DNA of 63,886 bases, filler included, from Sphacelaria rigidula (Eukaryota): assembly GCA_964200075.2 (NCBI GenBank). It is 6 parts of 6 records of this genome, joined end to end, with 100 filler letters (N's around TTAATTAATTAA, not from the genome) between each part and the next. Parts side by side here need not be neighbours in the genome. Positions count along the whole stretch, not along the records: positions 31,997 to 42,560 come from CAXNAA020006268.1; positions 42,661 to 53,223 come from CAXNAA020006269.1; 4 more parts are not named here. One strand, written 5' to 3'. Below are positions 34,869 through 48,599 of the stretch, piece by piece. Position numbers and translations under genes: made by a program. The first letter of the stretch is position 1, and the number at the start of each line of letters is the position of its first letter. The notes beneath the pieces are model-generated. The model had not been told where the DNA came from. It ran no database searches and saw only the letters and a program-made list of their open reading frames with translations.

Positions 34869-37498
34869 GGGCGAGAAATACAATCATCACGCAATTGTTT
34901 TTTGAAACGGGTTGCTGTGAAGCTAAGGTTATCAGCGCCGTAGGAACAAATGTTTTCTGAAAACCCTTTGTCGAGCCGAGTCAAGCAGAGGCATCAGCAA
35001 ACTAAGGGAAAGCTATGACGGTTTGCACAAGGGAATCTGACGACCAGGACGTTGGAGTCGTCGTGAGCCTATCTCTTCACAAGCGTGCATTTGCACGGAT
35101 GGGAATTACCGGACTCCACAACATACTATGCGTATTTTGGACGAATGTGCTTTTTCTTCTTGTGTCTGATGATTGTTTGGGGACGATGTGGACACCCCAC
35201 GTTTTTGTTTTGTCAGCGTAGCGTTTGAATTTGTTTCCTACTTGAATGCTTTTGTCGTAGTTGCACACCACTTCTTCCCCTTCTCAGTAAGAGTCCATGT
35301 TCTTGAGGAATCTGCCAGTCTCCTCCCCGACACTTGGCGTCCACTCTCACTTCGAGCGTTGCGTCATCACTCCGGCAATCCGTCAGCGTACATCGAGTTG
35401 CGTTGTTGCTTGCCCTCTTTATTCCGTTGTGGACGGCGGGATTCAATATAAGTCTCCACCCTATTGTTGTGCTTAGGAATCACAAATGCCGCCCAAACTG
35501 GGCGCTGGCGCACCAGTATGATAATAGGGGCGCGGCACAGTGTGTGTCTAGTCGATTGGACAACTTTTGCATACCATTCCTCTCCTCACCATGAAACAAG
35601 TGAGCACCGCATCATGCTGAGCACACGATAGCGGTTTACTGAAACAGTTTCAGTTCTCCGATGAACACGGGGGAAACGTGATGCGGTGAGCAACACGAAT
35701 GGTACTGTATTCCGAAATCATGTACTAGTACAGTGCATTCATCTCACAAAATCACATGATGACCAGCTCGTAAACGTACGTAGTTTTCGTGAGCAAGCTT
35801 TGTAGGCCTCGATGAGTTCAATTGCACATGATTTTCATGTCTGCCCAGTGTCATATAGCATGACTTCCCATTTTTTACTCGTTCTGTGTACATACATGGA
35901 GATCTACAAGGTGGTGTGGTCGTATGCAGATAGTAATGGTGTGGGTTCAGATGAGGAGCGGTATACGTTGAGAATGGCGCTGTAGACCGGGGTAAGCCTG
36001 GTCGCAGCTGCGAGATCGGGCAGGCCTGTAATGATCCGAGGCGCTCTTGGCTATAGTAATAAGTCGGCGGCATTGCAAGCGAACAGAGCACAAAATATCG
36101 AGTCACGTAGAAGACCATGAATCCTCAATCTGCGCATGCAGTGTTCGAAGACGACAACTTCACTGCCTTCAATACAGTACCACTTGCAGCAAGCATACGC
36201 AATGTGTTGTTGTGCTTATTATTTTTATCGTTGTTGTTATGGCTTGTCATGATATCAAGAGTAACTGTACAAATGATATTTATTGATTGTAGTGATGGAC
36301 TTTCGAAAATTAGTATTTTTTTCCGTCAGTTCAACCTTTGTCGGTGTGGATATCTTGTGAAGTGCACAGTGTAAAAAAAATCTCCTCTAGACGCAACACA
36401 TGCAAAACCCAGAATACCGATAGAAAAATTGAAAGCTGTCGGAACTGTCAAATTCAAGAGAGATTAACGCTGACAAAACCATGCCGACACCGAAACGCCT
36501 TTACGAAGCTCTTCCATAATGGTGATACTCACAGGTTGTTTCGGAAACCCGTCTTTTTCTGCTAAAGTAGCGCAGCTTTTGGGAGAGTAATTTTCAGACT
36601 AATTCGGCAGTTTCGAATAGCGATTTTTTCTCCACACAACGCCAGGAAACCCCATCACGCTGAGGGAGCAAAAAGCGGTTTCCGCAGCGGTCTAGCCAGC
36701 TCTGTATTTACAATAAAAAACCTTTCGCTGACAGGGAAAGGGATTTGCGAACCTGTAATAATATGAGAGGTTCGGCGACTATCGCCGCCCCGCTCAATGG
36801 ATCGACAGCCAAGATACATGGGCACCGGTGATACTTATGTGCGTTGCGTAATGGTACATGACACAGTTTGGCAAAGCCGTAGTAGTAGCAGCTAGCTCAT
36901 GAGCTGAGCACGTTGTCCGAGGCCTTGCGCAAACCTTTTCAGAATTGTATGGGAAACGATGTCTTGTGTGAGACGCGCATCCACCACAAAGAAAAAGGGT
37001 CAGCACCCGTTGAGCTGACGCTGATTCAAATTCGAAAAATAAGTGCCGCTGAAGGTTTTTTTTTGTCTCACTCCGATGAATCCGGGGTGGGGCTATATCT
37101 CTTCCGTTTTCTCGACGTCTCTCTCCTTGAGTTCGAGTTATTTTATTTGTATGTTTTTTTGTTTCTTGTCTCGGGTCTCGAAAGAAACGATGATACCTTG
37201 CCTGAGGAATTGACTGGCCCCGCAAACTAGAAACAAATAGCTCGAGCCGTAGCTGTTCATCAACTGAGACTGCCGGGGATATATCAGTTTATGCTGGCCT
37301 TTTGGCCGTCTCCTTCCTCGGCTCGGCATTATCACCGCCGTAAACCTCGTGGCCCCAGACCGCGAGGGTAGTCAGTTGGGTCATGCATTTTGTTTCCCAC
37401 TGAAGTTGATGCCGATTCTATTTCGGATTAAAATAGTAGATTCCGTTATTCTCAGTGCCCCCATGAAGAATAATTCGCATGTACTATGGCGTAGCAGT

Positions 37499-38253
37499 TG
37501 CAGCTACAACAGCAGTCCAGAGACAGAAAAAAGTGAAGCGAAGTCGAGACAATGCGACATGCATGCAAAATCACAACGCGCCCGAGGCGTGGCAACCCCG
37601 CCCCGAGCGTTCAGTGGAGAAGAACGGCACGCTGCCGTATCATACCTTTTCTGGTTCTCAACTGATCGTGGTGCCGATACTAGCTCTGAGTGAAAACGAT
37701 GCCGATTCCAGATATGAAAAGATATGACTTGTTTTCTAGCCAGAAGAGGATCACAGGTGTCTCGATGACAGAGTCTCATGCAAAGGCTTGACACATGATA
37801 AACAACCCAACACAATCAGAGGTGAACGCGGCGAACTCATTGCCCCCGCAAACCGAAAACACAGCATGATTGAAGGCGGGGTTGTCATTGCCCCCGCAAA
37901 CCAAAAACACACGGGTTGTCGAATTTTGTCACCCACGACATAGTCGCTCTCCACCGTTGGGCATGGTGTGAAATAAGACCCCAGATCTTGTGACTGCACT
38001 GAGATTCGAACCCACGACCCAACCGTCAGAAGGTTTCGAGGTCACCAACTGAGTCACAGGGGCGACCGGCTGCCGACTCGAATCTGAAATAGAAGCCGTT
38101 GTTCTTAGCGCCTCATGAAAAACAAGTGGCATTTACGGTAGAGCAGCAGCAGAAGCAGCAGCAGCAGCTACAACAGCAGTCCAGAGACAGTAAACGGGGA
38201 GTACAGTCGAGACCATGCGACACGCGGGCAAGATCACAACATGCTCCAGGTGT
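37499..38253 (+). repeat. ~90-bp direct repeats (37499-37590 and 38165-38253) bracketing the SINE
   Basis: gcagctacaacagcagtccagagacag...agtcgagac.atgcgaca...atcacaac in both. Confidence 0.65.
37740..38070 (-). mobile_element. tRNA-derived SINE
   Basis: Reverse complement begins gccggtcgcccctgtgactcagttggtgacc...ggttcgaatctc (A and B boxes); internal tandem cattgcccccgcaaacc; second copy at 4127; 3' boundary approximate. Confidence 0.8.
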
Positions 38254-39003
38254 GCCCCGAGATCGAAGGTAGAGCGATGACACACTGTTGTTCCGGGCAG
38301 ATCCGATTCATCTGAGCATGATGCCGCTTAAATTCTCAAGTGGAAATGATACCGGTTCCACGAATGAAGGTAGTCTGTGTACGGTTGAGAGGAGGCATCC
38401 CCGACGATCAAATGGTCCACCGTCCAGCGAGGAAATGCATCTAACGAAAAATATCGAAACCTCAAAACGCCATGGAAAACACAGCGCGATCGTATGATCA
38501 GCAAAAAAGCGTATTCTCGAATCAAGCAAAGAAGAAATGCTGGATTCTCAGAGCTTCGGAGAACGAAATTGCCCCGAAATATGTGTACTCTAATATCAAG
38601 TGAAGAAATACAGCAAAAGTGCACCTGCCTGCAGCGATGCCATTTGACCGAAATTTCCATGGCTATATATGATGAGATTGGCAATAGCAGCAAATATGAG
38701 GTTTATATTTGAAATATTGTTGTCGCTGTTGACGTTTCAGTCAACACATCCATTACTATGTTATGTTGTTCGCATGTTCACCATTTACCAGTCATCATTA
38801 CTTTCGTTTTCCCTGTGTGTCCACTCTTATTTATCACGATATCTACTATGTTCTGTACTATCGATGTTGGGCAGCGACCAGAAAGAAGCGTCAATGGTCG
38901 TTCTGAGGTATAGTGGCCCGCGGCCTGTTTGTGGCAATAAGAAACATGGATTTGATCCGATATCCGTCGCCTTTGCCGAGAACAAACGGTTTTGTATCCT
39001 TTC

Positions 39004-42000
39004 TGCACACGTACGGCAAGAAAAAACGGAAGACAGCGAGCGAGGTGGTGCGTGCTGGACCAGCAGAGTTGCGGCTGATCCATCAACCAGCGCAGCCCTG
39101 TACGCCAAACTGCCTCAAAGCTGCAACGTGTATTTATTTCGGTAATTCTTGTCTTTATGGGGGCGTCATCTGTTTAAGCCATATTTGTACCGACTATGGC
39201 GCCTTTTTCACCTTGTCTCTCTCATTGCCGTACTCCTTGGTGTGGCCGCACTACCGATATGGCCGAGCCATTTTTTTGGGGCAGTGGTCCTCATCATACA
39301 GGCAATGATACATCCCCCCACAACGATCGACCAGTTCCAACCTTATTTACCATGAAAAACAGTAGATCACTACTGCACTCTGCAGTTGTCAGAGACGTCA
39401 AGGGTTACCTAATTCTGACCACTTCCTATGATTGTCAAAAGTTGTGGTGGTTCATCATCGTTGTTCATTAGTCACGCACCTCTTTTACCGTCGGGCCGCG
39501 GTGGTCAAATTAGTACATCAAACGATCCGTTTCTGGGGACGTGGTTGGTTCGGACTGGTGGTTTGACGTCAAGCAGACAGACAGACGGGATCGTGATGTA
39601 ATGATGTGTGATTTATCAGTACTCTGATTTCGTCGTCCGAAGCGTGGAGACGCGACAGGGCAATCAAATGTCTGCGGGCTGCGGGAGTGGTGGTTCAGCT
39701 CATTGGTTGATTGGTGATTGCACGTTCACTGGTCTGCTACGAAAACAGCCGTGAACACACATTACCTGGAAGTTCTCAAGGGGCAATAACGAGCATGCTT
39801 GCTACAGTGCGAAAATTCGAGAACGAGTGAAAATGAAGAGGCAGGAAGGCATCAAGCAGCGGGGTAAACTCTTTAAAAAAACGAAAAATAAAAATGAGGA
39901 AAAATAAGAGCAAGGAAAGGAACGGAAATAAATACCCCCCCGAAATGTCATATCGTTGAGCGTATCCTATCACCCAGGTGTCGGGGGAGAGATTGATTCC
40001 TGACGACTATGGACTCATCTCGAGAAGGGGGGGGGGGATTGAATATATCACGAATTCAAGTATATTCACCTTTAATGTTGCCCCGTTGTCTCAAACCCCC
40101 GATCATGAGTCATAGATGAGGAGGGGCACAGGCAACGTTTTTGAAAAATCTTTAGTCGGCATACTCTTGGCCACCCCCCTCCCACAGGACGACGGCATTA
40201 TCTCAAGGGATCACACCATCCATTCCCTGGTACTTTTCCTAGCAATTTATGGTCGAGCATTGTTAAATCAGCGCTCTCGTAGCCTGTCAATTTCCCTCTA
40301 AAGTGGTTCATGCTTACTCGCGCCCTCACGCTTCCCGACGACGGACTGATATACAGACTTTACTGCCGTCACTCGACCCCATGAAGTCAGCCGAAGTGGA
40401 TCGTTGATGGACTAGTTTGACTACCGAATTGTGTAGGCGCGATAGTGACAAAGGTGGGATGCCGTGTGAGCGCCTTACCGTGCCAATTTCATGCAGCGCG
40501 AAGTGCGTTCTCCAGCCACCACCGACTACTCTCCGTCAAGCCTGGATATAGACTTTTCATGAAGGGGTTGTGACGAAAATCTCGTTACTCCCCGCCGCTT
40601 GATAGCGCTTCGTCGACATGTCCAACTGCTCCGACTTTCGACAAATACCGAGATAGTTTCATTCGATCATTCCGTCCTATTAGCTATCATGGTCAAGATC
40701 TAAATGCTTGGTAAACGGTGCGTAGCGGGGCTACGCGGAGGTCTCGGCGCACAGAGAGCGGGGCATTTCCCCCGGAAACGCTCACCAACGGGACACTGAC
40801 GTCCTCGTGAGCGTACAACTACACCTACGAACACGCGCTTTTCCGGGGCCGAATGAGAGTAAGCATTGGCCATATGCGTGTTCTCCATATTTCTTTTCTT
40901 ATTATGTTGGAGAGACAACACTAGCGCATCATCTTCGTAGGTCTGATAGCAGCACACAATGCGGCAGAAACATTGAATAAGATGCTTCGCACTGCAATCT
41001 ACATCTCACGTAGCGGTAGCTTTGCATATTCTTCGATTGTTGTTGGGTCGCTACTCCCGGCGCACATGTCATTAGCTGTCGATGCGCTATCCACGAACTT
41101 TGGCTGGCAGACAAGCAAGGGAGAATCGGTTGAGTTTAAGGTCAGGATCATGTCCTGGCAAAACGTAGGGGTGTGCACAACTCTTTCGTCCCCGCTCTCG
41201 TGACTTTTCACCTGTACGCTTGTTGATGCTTTTTGGCTAGTTTTTCCCAATCGACTACAGTCAAACTCATGGAAACATATAGTAACGGCACAAATAGAAA
41301 GCAAAGTGGAGGGAAAAAAACACCAGGACAACACCGAACATTGTGATGGTGTATATTTCTACACACTAGAGCGATTCACCAGGCCGACCAGAAGGAACGA
41401 CGCGCTCGCCTCGACTGTTCCATGCTGCATCCTCTCAACATCTTAGGTGTCGGTTCCTGCAGAGAAGGAATTTCCGCGGGGTTCGGCTATTGGATTGCCT
41501 CCACTTCTCGTGGGTCTACCACCTCTTCGCTTGAAGGTAGGGGCTCGCAAAACGCGGTAGTGTTCCTCGTTTGACGGTATGATGCGAGGGAGGGGGGACG
41601 GGGTGTACTCACGATCATGGGTCTGAGAGAAACGGCGCGATATAGCACATGAATAAACGCGAACTCGTGATATATTCGCCGCCCTACCGCCCTCGTCGAG
41701 ATGAGTCTGTAGTCATGAGGGACCCATCTCTCTGCCAGTACCTGTGTGATCGTATATGCTAAAGGACTGGATGTTTTTGTAGTGTAGGGACGTTGCTTTT
41801 TTTTTCTTCTCCTTCCTACCCCGTTTTATTCGTTTTTTGGGCGTACAGTTTTCTCCGCTGCTTGTTGCCTTGTTGCCTCTCCAAATTCACCCTTTCTCGA
41901 CTTTTTATATTGTTTCAAGCATTTTCATTTTTTGGCCTTGAGAATCTCCATCTTGTGATCGCGGCTGTCTTCGTAGCGAACCAGCGAAGGTGCGATCATC

Positions 42001-42560
42001 AACCAACCAATCAGCTGAACCACCACTCCCGTAGCCCGTCGGCTTTCACCTACGTTTTACTGTTTAGTCGCGTCTTCATACGTTCGACGATGGAAATCAG
42101 AGTAGTGATGATGAAGCACACAGTACATCATCATTCTGTGTCTGTCGACGAAACGGGCCGTTTGATGTACTAGTTTGACCACTCCAGGGTATACGATAGT
42201 CAATCACTATTGTTCATGGCAAATCCGGTTGGAAGTGGTCGATCATCCGGGGGGGATGCATCGTCATCAGTACGACAGCGAGCACTGCCCCATGCTGAAC
42301 GGATCGGCCATATCAATAATAGCCGCACGAAAAGGTATAGCAATGGCAAAGGCCAGGTGAAAAAGGCGCTATAGTCAGCAAAAAGCAAAATGTCCGGAAA
42401 TAAGAACGCTCCCGCAGAGAAAAGAACAGACGAAACAAATGCACGGTGCCGTACTGGGGCAGTTTGGGGTACAGGGCCGCGCTGGTTGATGGGTTGCCGG
42501 CAACTGAGCACGCACCACCTGGCTTGCTCTTTTCCGTGTCTTCTAGCCGTGCATGTGCAA
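39004..42560. repeat. Long diverged inverted repeat pair (39004-40110 and 41605-42560)
   Basis: Colinear reverse-complement blocks, e.g. gggagtggtggttcagct / agctgaaccaccactccc and tagtacatcaaacg / cgtttgatgtacta; right arm runs off the contig. Confidence 0.85.
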
Positions 42561-42660
42561 NNNNNNNNNNNNNNNNNNNNNNNNNNNNNNNNNNNNNNNN
42601 NNNNTTAATTAATTAANNNNNNNNNNNNNNNNNNNNNNNNNNNNNNNNNNNNNNNNNNNN
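42561..42660. other. Artificial contig linker
   Basis: Same cassette. Confidence 0.98.
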
Positions 42661-44751
42661 ATGAAGGAGTGTGGCTATGATTCGACGTATGAGGAAGCGA
42701 TTGTGTGGTGGATTACTAGCCCGAGATGTGGACTGTGGATCAGGCTGAAATGTGGCGCTGTGAATCAACTGGAGTGTGGTCTATCATGTGTTTGAGGTAC
42801 GTTGGTTAGTTGCTTTTTCGGTCATGGGAAATTATATTTTGTGGGCTTGATGAGGTTGATACGCAACCCACTTGCCCCACTCCACCTTTCTCCACCTTGC
42901 TCCCCTCGACTTCAGCTTCTTGACCCACTTTTCCACTCCTGCTTCCACCGTCGTCTTACGGGTTTCAGCAGTTAGTGAGTTTGTTGTGTTGAGCTTTGTG
43001 TATTGATTTCCAGGGTGATTGAGCATATTTGGTGTCGAGCATATTTGTGTATTGGTTTTCAGGTGTTGAGCCTTCAGCGCTGTGATAATATATAATAAGA
43101 ACAATTGTGTGTACTTTTCTTCCAGTTTGTTTTTGTATTCGGACCTGCTTTGCTGGCCGTGACCAGCTGCACCGCAGAGTATATATCGTGGCACCCCAGC
43201 CACGAGGTACGAAAGTGCCCCTCATCGACTTATTGCCCCCCGACTAATTAAAGGATGCACCAACCCGTGAAATTTCCGGAGGGATGGGGAAAGGTGTTGG
43301 AAGATTATGTAGCCAGTAATCTATCTGTCCGTTTCTGTGTGGGTTTTTTACTCTTTAGCAAATTAGCCGCACAATAGGTTCTGGTTCAAATAGGAGCCCC
43401 CAGAAGTGATCCTGGATACAAATACCGTTTTATGTGGATCTTTGACGTTTCATATCTTCGTAAGCTTAGCCACGTAAGCTCACAGGATACGACAGTGTGC
43501 TGCCATTGTTTGTGAGTATCGTACTGTATTCACGTAGCTTGAGGAAGAATCCAGTCTGTGAGCTGGCAAACCAACACGTCAGTGTTGAGGATGCGTTTTA
43601 GCCTACGTATGCGTGGAGGTCTTTGCTTTTTGTTCGAGGATTGGGTATGCTTGGAATCGGTGGCTTCTACCGCCCTTGCAATCACTCTCCTTCATTACCT
43701 TCAGTTCTCTGCTTTGAGAAGAGACTGTGCGCTCTATTTCGTCTTGGCCGGATGAACAGCCCAATCAACCATCTGTCGTACTGATTCTTACTTTGAGCTG
43801 CAGACGCAGTGGTCTAGCAACCACGGTGCAACCTCTGCCATACTTCTGTTCGCTGGACGATAGTCGGCCTGTCGCAAGGACGGTGCTACAGAACACGAGC
43901 TATTCTAACAGGAGGGGTGTACACATGTCCTTGCATGTCGTAGTCAGAATACTATTATTTTACCCCGTATCCCTACAAAGCCGGGACGGAGCATGCCGGT
44001 TTTCGCTGGACCAGGCTCGCAACTTATCACCAAGCTCAAAACGCCGCGAGTCACATGAAGGGTGAGCTGCAGCCTACTAAAATTGTTCGGCCCGAAGCGT
44101 ACTGATTATCTTGCATTTGGACAACAGAGCAGTCTCCAATGAGCTACTTTGATTGATCCTACGATAGGGGGGGTGAGGGCGGGGGGGTATTTGATTCCGC
44201 GAAAAATGGGTCATCATAGGTGTGTCAGAGGACCTAAAATACGCGCCGTGCGCTTGTATTTGGGTGAAAACGGTGTCACGCAGTATGAATAAGTGTTATT
44301 TATAGGTAACAACCGCGTTCGAACAACTGTTGCTTCTTTCACGGAAAAATTGGCCCCAGCTACCCCCCCTCCCCGTCCCCTCCCCTCACCATATCGTAGG
44401 TTGTCTACTCTTTTTTCTGGTACCGCCACTTCCAGAGACAGCCGCCACGGCATACACACGGCCTCGTCACTAATTAACAGTGTCATAGTATTAGTATTTG
44501 CAGGGACTGGCCTCGGGGTCTGTAATCTCTCAGGCATACATGTCTCGGAGTTAAGTAACGTTTGGATATGAATCTTTGATTTGATTGTGAGGGATGGCAG
44601 CTTGTTGAAAGATCCAAGTCGATGTTACGAACAGCAGCCGACATGGGATACTAGTTGTATGGTTGATTGTCTTGTATACTGCGCATTGAATTATCATGTG
44701 CACAACAGATAGCGTTCCCGAAACATTCGTTGGATATTATGCAGGATTGCC

Positions 44752-45519
44752 CAAGGGTCTGTCAAAAATATTTTCGGGACACGTAGGCCCAAGCATCGAA
44801 AATTCGAGTTTTTGAGGGGGGGGGAGGGACCCAGCCGTTTGTCCCCTGGATTTTCCGCCGAGGCGTTGGTGGATGCGGTCAGCTGCCGTAGATAGTAGAG
44901 ATCCTTATATATTATATATCATATATTATATGTCACATATTATATATATCACACATTATATTTCATATATTATATATCATATACTATATTTAATATATTA
45001 CAAATCATATATTATGTGCCATATAAAATAGGTCAATACTAAAGGTCTATATTACACATATGCTTATTTTCCTTAATATATACTATACTGTATATATTAT
45101 ATACAATATATATTTTATATTATATAATTGAATATATGTATGTATGAATATTCATAAAGGGGCAGCATATACTGTATTATACAATGATATATGAAAAAAT
45201 AGAGATGCTATGTAATATATAAAATATGATCATTGATATATTATATCTATCATAAATATATGCATAAATATGTAAAGGAGCAGAAGCAGATACAAGAACC
45301 CCACAGAGCCCACCAGACTTTTCCGTTTTTGTCAGCGTTTATTGATCAATTTCTTGTAACAAAATCAGCAGACATAATCCAAACAGTGTTTATTGATCAA
45401 TTCCTTGCGAGAACCTCGACAAAAGAATCGAAAAAATCATGAAAAATTTCGAAAAAATGTCCACCGGGTGGGGGGGGGGTGGCCTACGTGTCCGAAAAAA
45501 TTCGCTCGACAGACCCTTG
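44752..45519. mobile_element. Non-autonomous DNA transposon with CAAGGG termini, 7-bp TSD and AT-rich core (P-like)
   Basis: TIR caagggtctgtc...ggacacgtaggcc / ggcctacgtgtcc...gacagacccttg; flanks gattgcc/gattacc. Confidence 0.8.
44905..45270. repeat. Low-complexity degenerate (ATATT/ATATC)n tract
   Basis: Extremely AT-rich tandem units. Confidence 0.85.
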
Positions 45520-45917
45520 GATTACCCTGTCATCTGCTTTTCGATTATTTTACCATGACTAGATATGGATATAATTCCTGCGTAAGGTAGCCGCACGATT
45601 GCCCCCGAGTGCCCCCCATGAGTACTCTCTCTCGGATACCGGACTTCATTATCTTGAGCCGCCGTTGCTCTGAGTTCCAAGTGAGTCCTTACCAGTAACC
45701 TTTATAATCGCGTGGAACTATACAAGTGGATAATTCGTTCTGTGAACATCTGGTTTTGAACTGCTCACGGCAGTTTGGATTCTGGGTTGATTGTTGCTGA
45801 CAGCTCTGCGTTGCAACCAGGCACATCCGGCTCGAGCCTCTGTTCGTGAGAACATATCAGGACAAAGGTGTAGTGAGGCTGCCTTCTAGGAGGCGACAAG
45901 GCCTAAGTACATAATTA

Positions 45918-46357
45918 CAGCCGATCATGGAAAGTGAGAATGGAGCTTTTGGTCGAGGTTGAGAACCCGGAGGATTAAAATCTTCGTATGCACACCAAAT
46001 CTTCGAAGAATGGTTCCATTCCTTCACCTACTGGTATATATTAACAAGTACTACACGTCATTGAAAATTGAATTTCAATACCCGAATTTTTGGGGTCCTA
46101 GGTGAAAAACCAATTTTGGGGAATTTCGACGATCCGATCGAATCACCTTAATTGCCCGGGATATTTTCTTCATCTAGAACCCCAACATTTCGGTCCTCAG
46201 GATCCAACTTTGTGTGGCGTGTAGAAATTGTCAATAGCTACTAGCAGGTGAAGGAATGAAACCATATTTCGAAGATTTGGTGTGGATACGAAGATTTTAA
46301 TCCTCCGGGTTTTCATCCTTAAAGAAAAGCTCCATCCTCAATTTCGATGATCGGCTG
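45918..46357. mobile_element. Palindromic MITE family B, complete copy (CAGCCGATC termini, probably TA-targeting)
   Basis: ta|cagccgatcat ... atgatcggctg|tt; arms of ~200 bp are reverse complements. Confidence 0.82.
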
Positions 46358-47711
46358 TTAATTGTAGATTTCCACCCTCGGGCATCCCAAGATCGTTAAG
46401 GGGGTCGCGCGTGGCAGACAACCTGCCATTTGAGGCCGTGCATCTGGTAGTCTAGAGGATTTTTGAAATCCGTGATAAATGAGACATTCTTCGTGTCGTC
46501 ATTTTTCGGGGGGGGGGGGGGGGGGGTTGGTTTGTGGGGGGGGGTTTTTCTGCGTGTTTTTGATATTTTTGAGTGAAGGAGGAGAAGGTTTAAATATTTT
46601 TNNNNNNNNNNTGGATGTCGGCATGGATTTCTCGGTTGTGTGTGATGGGCGGTGGTTGGTGGCGACACGGTTGGGTCGATGGCGCATGCTTCGGAGGAGA
46701 GTGTCTACCGCGTCATTGCGAAGCTCTCTACGAGAGGAAGCAGAACTCGTAACTATTTTTTTCAAACATGAGTTTTTGGCCCAGAAACCACTGACACTAA
46801 TTCCATTCATCATTGATATTAGAGATGTTCAGAGTCGCATTCGTTTCGGTTGGCAACGCTTTCTTTACTATAGCGTATGTACGGTATATCTCATAAAGTA
46901 AGTAGATACTTTCGAAACATATTTTCCCCCCTCGTCAGGTTGAGTTCTGCATATGTTTTGTGAGACAAAAAAAAGTTTTCGTAACTGCCAACTCCACGAG
47001 ATATACGCTTACTACAAAATTTCACGCTGACAATGAGAATAACTCGTTCGTAAAACTCTCCGCTCCATCATCAGAATCTTCTATAGAGTAGAGAGGCCAA
47101 AATATTTCATACGCCAAATAGTTTTTTTTCGTCCCTTGTGCTACACAGGTGGCCAGAGGGGTACCGTTAGACGCATCCTGTATTGTGCTGCCATGCTCTG
47201 GGGGGATTGCCAAGGTGAGTATGATGTACATGCAGTACCAGGGTTTTTTCCATGAGGCTTTCCAATGTGCGCACGACGTCTTGACACCTTGTATGGCGCT
47301 TCACAGCCCCATCAAAGCGTGGAAATTCGTAACATGTTCTCAAAATACTGCACCAATAATGTTAATATCTGCTCGTTCATGCTACGGAGTACTGGTGACG
47401 TGCTTGGACTTTGTGTGTGATGAGTTGACGATAGTGGCTTCATGTACTTCCCGATGTAGGTCGTTTCATGAGGGCGGTTTGTGTAAGTTGGTCGATTCAA
47501 GTCGGATGCGCCCAGATTTTTCGGGAAATCTTTTATTGCACCAAGCAGCGCAGCACAAACAATGAGCTATTTAAAGAATAAAAGCTTCTGGAAAGTGTAC
47601 ATTACGTGCGCACGGCGTTGTATGTAAAACGCGAGTGGAGGGGCAACGTTGGCGAACACATACATCCAGAATTTCCCCCAAAACGGCGTTCCTCAACGTA
47701 GCCAGAGAAAC

Positions 47712-47800
47712 GCCATCGTCGTCATCGTTATCGCCATCGTTATCGCCATCGTCATCGTTGTCGTTGTCGTTGTCGTGGTTGCTGCATGTTGTTGTTGCTG
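47712..47800. repeat. Compound (TCG/TTG)n microsatellite
   Basis: gccatcgtcgtcatcgttatcg...gttgttgttg. Confidence 0.75.
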
Positions 47801-48599
47801 CCGTCACATTTTCGACTCCTCTCCTTCCTCGGGACGAGCTCATGGTCTCAAGGGATCAGCCCCTCCTTGCCCCTACACCCCTGGCATCGTGGGATCTCAT
47901 CGGTCAACATTCCCGCGCCGCGTCGACTCTCATCAAAGAGCGCCCACATTGAATTCAAGTAGTTTGCTGTCAAACTGATATCCTGTAGCCTTTGTAGTGT
48001 ATCCAACAAGAAAAACTGCAAGCATCCCTCATAAGCGCGACAGTAAAATTACGGAGCACGCCTGTCAAGCAACACGTAAATTGTAGACCTCTCATATATC
48101 CCCTCGCCCCAACCCCGTCTACGAGGTGCACCTCCTCACCGTTCAAGCGTCCGTAAATGAAGAAAAGAAAAAACCCTACGTAGTGTATTCAGGACAAGAA
48201 AGCTGCATAGGAGAATCCCTCACAAGCAATAGGGTTTGCCGGAATTCTCATGTATCTATTATACTACTTCACACGGTACCCTGTAGTGTGGGTCAAATGT
48301 AACAATACCATATCCTCATCTTCCTACCCTCACGTTTAAAGTGGCCCAGAGAGCATTATAAATACCACAGCGCTGAAGCATTATATCGGATTGAACACGT
48401 CATTCCACCAAAGCGGATAAATACTTGCCCCTATATGTAGTCCGTGCCGTACAGTGCACTTTAGTGTATACATCAACGCTAGTGAAGTACAGCATACATT
48501 GAACAATGTAGCGTAGTACAGCGCGCCACGATCAGTTGACACCCTCCCCCCTCCCCCGCTCCCTTGATTATCAAAATGTAACTTTGGAAGCTAATATAT

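Noticed and set aside
37990..38070. Genuine tRNA gene
   Set aside because: No acceptor-stem pairing; continues into a body shared with a second dispersed copy, so it is a SINE
40280..40733. TAGCC...GGCTA ends as an Academ non-autonomous element
   Set aside because: Only 5 bp of inverted match and no TSD
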